Origin: Octopus vulgaris | Taxonomy: Eukaryota | Direction: 5' to 3' | Assembly (NCBI GenBank): GCA_951406725.2 | Contig: OX597816.1 | Coordinates: 1,426,001-1,490,000, forward strand | Length of the DNA: 64,000 nt | Part shown: positions 53,738 through 64,000 of the stretch, piece after piece | Layout of the letters: each line of letters starts with the position of its first letter | Position numbering within the stretch: position 1 is the stretch's first letter | Notes under the pieces: model-generated | Seen by the model: only the letters and a program-made list of their open reading frames with translations | Databases searched by the model: none | What the model was told of the DNA's origin: nothing | Translations under genes and position numbers: made by a program

Positions 53738-55285
53738 ATGAAGTCATTCAGGAGACTGACACACACACACACACACGAGTGTGTGTGTGTGTTCATTAAT
53801 ATCTTCTCCCTCCTCCAGTATACTTAACTGCAATATGCCACTAAATATATCTGGGGGAAAAAGAGAGAGAGAGAGCAAGCACCTCCCTGTCTTTTTCTTT
53901 GGTATAGATTCTCATTGAACAGGTGAGGTATATAAGTGGCAGGTGCATAAATAGAGTTTATCCGTCAACTGTTTTTATCTTCGAACGAAATCACAGGAAG
54001 CAATATGCAAAAAGCGACAACATTTTGGAACCTGCTGGTTAGGAGTGAACCAAACATTCTTTAATTATATTGTAACTTACCTTTGCACTTGGCATTACAG
54101 TAATTTAATCAGTGAGTCGTTAGTCAGGTGAACCTGGTCGGAAGACAACAGAGCCAATAGAAATGTTTCTAATATTAATTTCTCTTTCATTATCTTTTCC
54201 TGTTACCGACGCAACTATGTGATAATGTGCTTTCGAGTGTTTCCTTAAATATGATTTTAATATACAAGTGAGTTTAGTGTCGATGGCTTTTATACGAAAG
54301 ACTTTGCTTGTGGTTCCCAGTCTGAAGCCTTAGTTTTATTAATGTCATGACTGCTTACTTGAATCTGTTGTTTTATTGGTCTGAAAGTTAGGAGTTCAGT
54401 CCTTGCCTTGTTAGCCTCTCCTGATGACAATTAGTCCCAATTGGTACCAACCTACCCTCAACCAACTCTGAGTCGTTTGTGATACAAGCCTCCCGTGAAT
54501 TTATGTTCCAGACACTGTTTAATAATGATTTCAAATTTTGGCACAAAACCAGCAATTTCAGGGGTGGGTGTCAGTTACATCGACCTTAGTGAATGACTGG
54601 TATTTATTTTATTGACCCTCTCCCCCAAATAAAAAAGATGAAAGGCAAAGTCAACTCAGAATGTATGTTAAGACAGACAAAATGCTGCCAAGCGTTTTGC
54701 TCAGCCGTGTTAACGATTCTGCCAACTTGCTGCCTTTGGGACACAAGTTAATAACAACAGTTTTTTTGACTAAATTCTTATTAGTTTCAAAATTAATCAA
54801 AGCAAAAGCTGTGTATATTCAACAGAAATGTGTTAACAAAAGGGTTAAAATCATTGCTCTGATACTTTATGTCAATATCCTAAGTTGAGGAACTACTATC
54901 AAAACATTGAGAGAAAAATTGGAAGCCAAAATATTTTCAGCAATCAGAATATGTTAGGAATATATTTGTAACTGGATACTGAAACCCCCATCATAACTTG
55001 TTAATAAAGAAGTTATCATGGGGAGGAGGTACCAGTTCCCAGTGAAGATTCCTTATCAATTTCTCTAGTACATTGCTTGGGATGGCGATGGTGATGGTGA
55101 TGAGCTAATTTTACATACTATCAAAACCATCTTCTTAATCTTCATCATTGGCATGATTCATCACCACCAGCACACACACACACACACACACCAGTCTTTG
55201 CTATCACTTTTTCCCCGATGTGAATCATTTTAGTTGCACACAGGGACATGGTGTTTGTGGTCTAAAACTAGGACAGTGCACACAA

Positions 55286-55351
<66 letters not shown>

Positions 55352-55877
55352 TGAGCATAACTGTGTGGTAAGAAGTTTGCTTCGCAGCCAACATGGTCTC
55401 AGGTTCAGTCCCACTGCATGGTACCTTGGACAAGTGCCCTCTACTATAGTTCTGGGCTGACCAAAACCTTGTAAATGGATTTGGTAGACAGAAACTGAAA
55501 GAAGCCTATTGTATACATGCTATATATATATAAAATGATGATGATGATGTATACATATATCATCCTCATCATTGTTGAATGTCTGCTTTCTGTGCTGGCA
55601 TGGATGGGTCGGGTGGTTTGATACGGTGAGCTGCAGGGCTGTGTCCAGTTCCAATGTCATTTTTGGTTTCTATGGCTGGATGCTCTTCCTAATGCCAACC
55701 ACTTAAGAGAGCGTAGTGGATGCTTTGTTTGTGCCACTGACACTAGCGAGGTTGTCATGTGACTTGCAAGAGAGAAAAGAACAGGGAAGGAAAAAACCAG
55801 GATGCAGTGGTGGGGGTGGGAGGAGAACAGAATGTGGTGAGTGGGGGATAGGAATACATAAGAGGCTATAGTAGGTG

Positions 55878-56210
55878 GGAGTGCATGGATCAGGGGTTAA
55901 AGCATTGGGCTCACAATCATGAGGTAGCGAGTTCAATTCCTGGGCTGGGCTGTGTGTTGTGTTCTTGAGCAAGATATTTCACGTTGCTCCAGTTCACTCA
56001 GTTGTAGAAATGAGTTGCAACGTCACTGGGGGCCAAGCTGTATCAGCCCCTTTTGCCCATCCCTTGGATGACATCGGTGACAGGGAGAGGGGAGGCTGGT
56101 GACTGCTGGGTCTTCCATAAACAACCTTGCCTGGACTTGTGCCTTGGAAGGGAACTTTCTTGGTGCCACACCATGGTCATTCATGACCGAAGGGGGTCTT
56201 TACCCTTTTC
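55878..56210 (+). mobile_element. tRNA-headed SINE, family D
   Basis: A-box-like TGGATCAGGGGTTAAAGC, B-box-like GAGTTCAATTCC, CORE-like GTGTTCTTGAGCAAG, tail CATGACCGAAGGGGGTCTTTACCCTTT. Confidence 0.7.
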
Positions 56211-56805
56211 ATAGTGGATGGGTTATGATGGTAGATGTGGGAGGGTATTGACAATGATAGCAAATGGGAGAAGGTGCTAAGAATGGAGTATAGTGGGGAG
56301 GGGTAGGAGGTGGAGGCAGAGATTGGTTGAAATGGTGTGGGTGGGGATAACGTGGAATGGGAGTAATTGGAGACTGTTTGAAAAGGTATGGGATGGAATA
56401 TGTGTGACATTGCTTGCAGGTGAGTACAGCAGCTGCTTAGTACCATAGGTGGGGGGGAGAATGCTTGATGTGTCAGGGAGAGGGGAAGTGTGTGTGTGGG
56501 GGGGGCACGGCCTTGCATGTACAGGTTTATTTGAGTGGTTACAGGATATTATTTTTGCTGCCATGGAAGGGTCGTGTTGAGCACATGAAATGAGTGTAGG
56601 AGTATTACTGTCGCTTGACCTCATGTGTTAGTTGTAAACAAATGTCACTGTCATGGAGATGTGTTTCAACATTGGAATTATTATCTTGCTTGGAAACAGG
56701 TGAGGGTTGGCAGCAGAAAGAGCATCCAGCTGTAGAAAAACTGCAAAACAGCAAATTCTATACAAGCTTAGAAAAGTGGATGTGAAAACTATGATGAAGA
56801 TACAT

Positions 56806-56853
<48 letters not shown>

Positions 56854-57421
56854 TTAGTGTTGATTGTCAGAAGCAAGAATACTCGTTACCAAAGTAGAAA
56901 TGAAAAGTATTTTAATTTTGACTGAATCAGTCTGTTGCTCATCTGAGTGTGACCTGTGGGTGCATAGGGGCTCCAGGCAAGTTACTGACAACCCTGTACA
57001 CTCACAGGTGAAACTCAGACGAGCAAAAGACTGACTTGACCAATGTATTTATCTAATATGATAAACGCAAAAAACTAATTTCTGTGTGTCAGTGTGTCAC
57101 ACTTAGACCTCCTCTCTCACTGTTCAATGGCACTCCTACTATTTCTTCATGATGGGATGAGTGTAATAGTAGGCATAGAGACAGTGAGGGTGGTGGCAAA
57201 GACAGAGAGAGAGAAAGAGAGACAAAGAAATTTAGGAAGATTTGATGATGTTTTATTAAAAGTAGTAGTGTTGGTGGTGGTAGTGGTAAGAGAGAGAGAG
57301 AGAAAGAAAGATTGAGATGATGTCCATCTTTGTTTAAAACCATGTCTCTTTGAGAGAAATTCCTGTTGCCAACATACTGAACACTCATTTTTGTTTTATT
57401 TTATGCTTTCTTTAATACATA

Positions 57422-57460
<39 letters not shown>

Positions 57461-57515
57461 CTGTGTATATAAGTTATACCTTAATTGAAATAAAGTTTCC
57501 CCAAAATTAAACATA

Positions 57516-57899
57516 TCTAATATAATAAATGTGAATGTGAGTGTGTCACACTTTTTCAGCTTTACTCCAAGAGGCCATAGCCCAACATATCATACTATTT
57601 AGGAATCAGGCTGACTCCATGAGTAAATTAAAAACATTCTGGGTTGAATCCGAACCCACCAAATTGAAATTTTGGGTTCCTACCTTTTCATAACTGTGAT
57701 TGTTGTTGGCGATTTTTGTTTACATGATTTTTAGCGACGAATACGACCATGATTGGGAAATGACTCTGAAGGAAGCAATTGCAACAAATTCTCCAAAACA
57801 AGTCAGAGACCTGTTTGCAGATCTTCCCATTCAGGGTCAGTTGCTTAATGGTATATACACTAGCTTAAAAACCTCCCTATCGGGCGGCTTTTAAGCTAG
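57516..57899 (+). mobile_element. Helitron deletion derivative retaining a RepHel fragment
   Basis: A|TCTAATATAATAAATG 5' end and 3' hairpin CTAGCTTAAAA..CC/GG..TTTTAAGCTAG|T. Internal DHDWEMTLKEAIATNSPKQVRDLFA resembles the Helitron motif W..TL.EA....P.Q.R.LF. Confidence 0.8.
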
Positions 57900-58532
57900 T
57901 AACCAATATTTTGGACTGGAATTTACTGAAAATGCCTGAAACTCGTAATGGGATGTTAACTCAGACTTCTCTTGTGTATTGAAAGTGAGTCGACATCAGA
58001 GATATGAAGTGGATCGGTTGATTGTAACGGCAAGCAACACACTTCTCAGAGAATGAACTCGGCTTCAAATACAAGAATTCTTTTGTCTCCATAATATTAA
58101 CATGAACTTAGCATGGCAAAACCAACCCTCGTTAATTTTATCTTTTTTTTTCTTAAATACTGTCGGTTGGGAGGTGAAGGGACATCAGTCACAAAATTTG
58201 TTGACACATTTAACCCTTTCATTAGCATATTTTTTCTTAAAATGCACCACGTTGGTTTCTGTTAATTTTGGAAATAATAAAGAATTTTGTCACTATAAGC
58301 TAATGGTTAAAGTATAAATTAATTTGAAATTTTGATTGAAGGTTTTAATTATAATGACTTTAAAAAAAGTTTCTACCACAGAAGCAGGTGGGGTGCTTCC
58401 ATGGGGAGTTGGCATCAAAAGGGTTCAACCAGCCAACTTTCACAGTTACACAATTCTCCAACCTGGTCCCTGCCTCTTTAACATTTGTTTTTGCAATGAG
58501 AATGTAAAATATGTATGAAAATATGCCAACTA

Positions 58533-58574
<42 letters not shown>

Positions 58575-59686
58575 CCGTATCTCGTATCAAGGAAAGGCCA
58601 CTTCTTTGGCACAACCAATTATTGCAGAAATAATGCTTGGAATATTGATAAAATGATAAAAGTAAAACTTGACTTAAGATAGCGAAGATACAAGAGATTT
58701 TTCAGGGTGAATTGTCATTGCAGAAAAACTAGGTTAAAAGATAATTGATCGAATTCTATAAAAAAACTGATTTATTTTTGATTAAATAACTCAATAGATA
58801 AATAAATACTGTCATAAAAAGATAACATTTTTAGCTTTTTAATCATAATTATTATTTTTTATTTTGCACTTTTTTGTGATTGCATTTCATATACTACTAC
58901 TACTACTACTACTACAGACAGCAAGCTGACTTTAGCAGCAGTAGTAGTTGTGGTGCATCAAACAGAATGATTAGTGTTATATGTTTTGGTTGATTATGTT
59001 CTGGGTTCAAATTGTGCCAAGGTCAGCATTGCCTTTCATCCTTTTAAGGGTCATAAAATAAAATACCAGTCAAATACTAGGGTTAATGGAAGCTACTCTA
59101 AAACCCACTAAAATTGCTGGCCTTGTGCTGCCAGACGTTGAAACAATTATTATTAACATTGTCATTTTTCATGAAAGACAGAGTTTCTGGATTTCTATGC
59201 GTTCTGATCCTGATAATGATCTGAATTCCAACCAAATCTTCCATTGACTGTTGCTAGATCCTTCTTGGTAACACCATGTTCTTAATGCTTTTGGTACCAA
59301 TTTGCCTGAAACTGCCCCTGGTTTTAAGGCACAAACTTCCTGATTTAAAAAGATCCAAATTCAAACCTTCCATCAAAATTTCGTTTTAATTTCGGTTCCA
59401 GGCAACGATTTTCGTAAAATACAAAGAATGAGATTAAAACAAAAACACTTCTTTGTAAAGTATTTTATACGGCCTGTGGCTATTATCTGGGCAGTAGACT
59501 ATGTCTGACTGTACAAACCTTATATTATTGTTTGGTAAATATTACTCTTTAAAAGTCAGTAATAAATTGGATGATGTACTCTATATATATATATGTATGT
59601 ACATAGACACACACATACTCTCTTATATATATGCATATCTATACACACATGTATATATGTATGTAATATATATATATATATGTATG

Positions 59687-59749
<63 letters not shown>

Positions 59750-60090
59750 ACCCCATGGGATAACTAGAATGTTAATTTGTTTAACATCTACTTTGTTCAG
59801 AAACCCTAGACGCAAGAACCTTCCCAGTAATGAAAATATTGTTGGAGTCTGTTTAATTTTATTCTTGAAATACTTTTTCTTACAATAGACTCATGACAAA
59901 AGCATAAATAAATCCCGTTAAAACAAATTATGGATAATTAAAATAATAATTGAGGAAGAAGATTGTTTGCCAACCACATGGTTCTGGGTTCAGTCCCACT
60001 GCATGGCGCCTTGGGCAAGTGTCTTCTACTATAGCCTTGGGCCGACCAAAGCTTTGCGAGTGGATTTGGTTGATGGAAACTGAAAAAAAA

Positions 60091-60650
60091 TCTCCAGATG
60101 ACTTTGGAATCTCCTGCAACTCTCCTGGATGGTCTCCTTGTTTAAGTTGGTGAATTCTGCCATAATCCTTGCCTTCAGTTCATCTTTGGTGTTACAAGGA
60201 ATTTTGTTGGTCTCTCGCTCAACTGCGCTCCCACACAATAATTAAGAGGGTTGCAGTCTGGGGAGTTAGGTGGTCAGATGTTAGGGGTTATGTTGTCACA
60301 AAAATTATCTGACAGCCATGACAGGGTTCTCCTGCTTTTGTGGCATGGTGCAGAGTCCTGTGGCCAGACATAGGGTCTTCCAGTAGCCACCCTCTTGACC
60401 CAGGACAGCCCTACCTCCTCTAGGAACTTCATGTAGGCCTTTATGTTGGAACTTCATGTACTGCCAAGCAGTACAACATGTCGTTTCCAAATTTCTGGCA
60501 GAGTGAATTGCATCATGGTGCTGTTTTTCTCACAGACGGTGCCCAACTGACCCTACTATACTGTGTAGTCGACAAAATCGGAAACAAACAATGCACATGT
60601 GCGAAATCAAAAGAATATAAAATGATGGCAATTTACCCATTGCACTCATG
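60091..60650 (-). mobile_element. maT-type (DD37D) Tc1/mariner remnant, internally deleted
   Basis: Frameshifted GRPYVWPQDSAPCHKSRRTLSWLSDNFCDNITPNI*PPNS..CNPL...GSAVERETNKIPCNTKDELKARIMAEFTNLNKETIQESCRRF. There are about 37 residues between the second D and the expected third D. Confidence 0.8.
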
Positions 60651-61879
60651 TATAGACATGCACTAATGTCTATTATGTCTGAAAATGTAACTTTCTCAAA
60701 TAATGTTCACCTCCTATTCAAGGCTCTGATAAAGCTGTAGGATGTTATCCTGATACTCAACTTAGAGTCTGCCACATCTCATAGCAGAAACAACTGTAAG
60801 CTTATGAAGTTCATTACACTTGTTTTATTTGCCGTTATCTCCTTGCTTCCATTACCTCTCCATACTCATATAACATTGTGTTAAGGACTATACGCATATT
60901 GACTGCTACACCAGGTTAGTAGTCTCACTATGCCTAAGTGAAACGCACATGCACACGTGCACAAAAACATGTGCCTGTGTGTGTGTGGGTGTGGGTGTGT
61001 TCTTGTCCTGCCATCATGTGATTCTTATAAATGAATGTCACTCATTTCTGATGTTTTGTGAAAACATGTCTGGTCATGGGGGAAATATTACCTTGGGAAA
61101 TAAGGGAAGGTTGGTGACAGGAAGGGCATCCAGTTATAGAAAAAAATCTGCCTCATTAGATTCTGTCAGACTCATGCAAGCATGGAAAAGTGGACGTTAA
61201 GACAATGACCTTGATGATGACAAGTGTTCATAGGTTCTACTTTTATATTCTTTCCTTTGTGTGTGTGGGGGGGTGTCATGATTTTATAGTTTCCTTTCAG
61301 TATTTCACTGAATTTGACTAAATTTTCTAGAAAGCATTTTTTTTTTCATTAAACTTTCAGTTTTGCAAAATTCTTGATGTGAACCTGTGTTTTTGTTGTA
61401 TCAAAGTGACAGATCTGAAGCTGACCTGAATTGTAATGAAAGGACTTTGACAAACACAGCCAGTTGATTGATTAACTGAATAATTAATAGTCAAAATAAT
61501 AAAGAAGTGAAATAGAACCAGTGCATGTGTTTATTATTGTCATAATGACCCTCCCAAAATGTAACAAAATTATTACTTATTTAGGGTTGCACTGCTAGAA
61601 TGAGGCCCCTAATCCTCTCTTGTGGATGTTGAAATAATGCTTTTGACTTGTTATTGTTGAGGTTGATATATTATATATGCCAGTATTTCTCAAAGAAATA
61701 TTTAAAGTACACAAAGTCTACCTATGCCAATATAGTTGTTCATCTTTTATCCATCACAGAGCTCCAGATGGCCTGTATTTAATGTTAGTATTAAGTAGAT
61801 AAAAACAATTAAAACTCCCCCTGGATAAAAAGTTAATCTCTTATATGCAACTTCCCTCAAAAATGTTTTTTAGACACAT

Positions 61880-63520
61880 AACTGTGTGTTTAAGAAGCTT
61901 GCTTTGCAACCCTGTGGTTTTTGGTTCATATCCTCTGTGCAACACCTTGGGCAAGAGTTTTCTATTATAGCCCCAGACTAACCAATAGCTTGTGAGGGGA
62001 TTTAGTAGACAGGAACTGTGGAAGCTCATCGTATATGTATGTGTGTGTATATTAGGTTGGCAACTAAGTTCCCGCTGTTTTTTAAAATTTAAATTTTTTA
62101 AAAGGTTTAATAAAAAATAACAACCAAATAAATCAATAATGTATTCACCCTTGTTGTTTACAACTTCTTCCCAACTTTCAACTAGATTTTCAATTCCTTG
62201 TTGGTAGAAATCACCTGATTTCGACTCGAATAATTGATCCAACCAAGCTCTCAATTCTGCGTCAGTATTGAACAAAACCCCATGCATAGCATTTGAAAGA
62301 GATCGAAAGAGGTGGAAATCCGTTGGTGCCAAATCAGGAGAGTACAGCAGGTGTGGCAGCACTTCCCAGCCATGCGTTTGAATGTCTTCCTTGGTCATAT
62401 TGGCGATATGAGGGCGGGCATTGTCGTGCAACAGAAGAACTCAATGCTGGCCGATTAGGTCTCTTCTCTTGAATAGCCGTGTTGTGTTGTTCCATCTGTT
62501 CAACATAGAGTTCTATGTTGACTGTTTGGTTCCGTTCAAGCAATTTCTAATGGATAATCCCTTCCCAGTCGCACCATCGTTTTACGCGGATGAAGATCTT
62601 GTTTCATGCATGGTGTCGCTTGTTTACCAGGGCTAAGCCATTTCTTACGCTGCTTCATATTGCTGTACAGGCACCATTTTTCATTACCAGTAAAGATTTG
62701 GTAAAGAAATCGTTGCTTGTGTCCATGAGTTGAGTGGTGACGAGCAAGCAAACCAGCGGAGACTGTGGCTCATTGACTTTTGCTGTTGTCACTTAAAGCA
62801 TACGGAATCCATGCTCCATACTTCTGAACCTTTCGCATCGAGTGAAGATGCTTCTCTATAGCAGTGTAGGAGCATTCCATTTTCTCTGCCAGTTCCTTTG
62901 TCGTTTGACGAGAATTTTTGTGCAAAAGTTGGTTTAATCGCTCTTCATCGAACTCAACGGGATGGCCAGAACTAGGTGTGTCTTTGAAATCAAAATTTCC
63001 ATTTTTGAACTTGGCATACCAATCATGAGCAGTTCTTTCAGCTATGGCACCCTTTCCATACACAGCACAAATGTCACAAGCAGCTTTTGTGGCCTTAGAA
63101 CCTTGATTAAAAGCAAACAGGTGTCAAAAATGCTCATTTTTCTTAACTTGACTTTCCATTTTAATGATCTGAAAATAAAAACAAAAATTAGCTAAAATTA
63201 ACTTGAAAAAACAAAAACAAAATAGATTCCAAAATGATTCAAAAATAGATTCCAAAATTTAAAAACGCAATAAATTCTAAAATTTAAAAAAAACGGTGGG
63301 AACTTAGTTGCCAATGCAATATATATATATTTGTGCGTGTGTTTGTACTCCACACTGCTCAACAAGTGTTAGTTTGGTTTATGTAACTTTGAGTCCACTC
63401 GACAATAAATACCAAACTGGAAAAAAGAAGTCCTGAGGTTGACTTGTTCAACTAAAAACTTTTCAATATGATGCCCCAGCATGGCTGCAGTCCAATGACT
63501 GAAACAAGTAAAAGATAAAA
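61880..63520 (+). mobile_element. SINE family B copy split by the mariner
   Basis: The 5' half (61880-62050) ends in its TG/TA tract. The 3' half resumes at 63320 and runs to CCCCAGCATGGCTGCAGTCCAATGACTGAAACAAGTAAAAG. Confidence 0.8.
62052..63319 (-). mobile_element. Full-length decayed mariner transposon (DD34D), 1268 bp
   Basis: TIRs TTAGGTTGGCAACTAAGTTCCCGCTGTTTTT and AAAAACGGTGGGAACTTAGTTGCCAATGCAA with TA TSDs. The transposase starts at ATG 63159 and is broken by stops and frameshifts: WYAKFKNG, WIPYAL, TGNEKW, HDNARPH...YSPDLAPTDFHLF. Confidence 0.95.
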
Positions 63521-63779
63521 AATAATCCCAGCAATGAAGTGAAAAATATAGAATTCCAGTGTCTGACCCAGAAACACTATAAAGCCTGCTCCCCCATTTG
63601 AACTCACATCTCCTGATCTGCTTTGCAATAGCTTATCCACCTGGATATACTGGATTATCAATCTTAATAAAATAACAGATACAGAAGATATGCTGTGATT
63701 GGGAAAACCGGACAAGTAAAGTGAGATCAGTGTCACATAACCAGCCCATTCATCGGGTGAGTCATAAGCTTGAATCATC

Positions 63780-64000
63780 GGGCAATATGCTGCGCTTGAG
63801 CAGACCTTTTGAGTCAAGTAAAACCAAAAGCAAATCGAGATTGAAATGGAAATTGCAGTTGTGGCTGATGCCAGTGCCGCCAAACTGGCACCTGTGCTGG
63901 TGGCACACAATAAGCACCATTCAAGCGTGGATTGATGCCAGTGCGGCCTAACTGGCACCTGTGCTGGTGGCGCATAAAAAGCACCATCTGAACATGGTCG
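63780..64000 (+). mobile_element. SINE family C 5'/internal part with ~67-bp tandem units; runs off the window
   Basis: GATGCCAGTGC.GCC.AACTGGCACCTGTGCTGGTGGC.CA.AA.AAGCACCAT occurs twice. Confidence 0.7.

Noticed and set aside
17530-64000. Conserved bilaterian miRNA precursors in the presumed intron
   Set aside because: I found no mature miRNA sequence that I recognise by eye. Lineage-specific miRNAs cannot be excluded.

Overview
AT-rich, repeat-dense animal genomic DNA. It is most likely octopus or another coleoid cephalopod, inferred from the SINE types and the long (TA)n/(CA)n tracts. I find no intact host protein-coding ORF; nearly all listed ORFs are microsatellite or repeat artefacts. 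Supported features: a tRNA-Leu(AAG) gene; a CpG-rich Pol II promoter with two apparent 5' exons (~16.9-17.5 kb), probably followed by a long intron; decayed Tc1 (DD36E-type), mariner (DD34D, both TIRs, nested in a SINE), maT (DD37D) and pogo transposons; non-autonomous Helitrons and piggyBac-type MITEs; decayed LINE RT sequence; several SINE families; and three local tandem arrays. The most notable signal is a set of small fold-back (inverted-repeat) elements next to TA microsatellites. Several carry minimal type I hammerhead ribozyme motifs (CUGANGA...GAAAC-short palindrome-GUH), as described for Penelope-like element pLTRs and retrozymes. All RNA structures were read by eye, and self-cleavage is untested.
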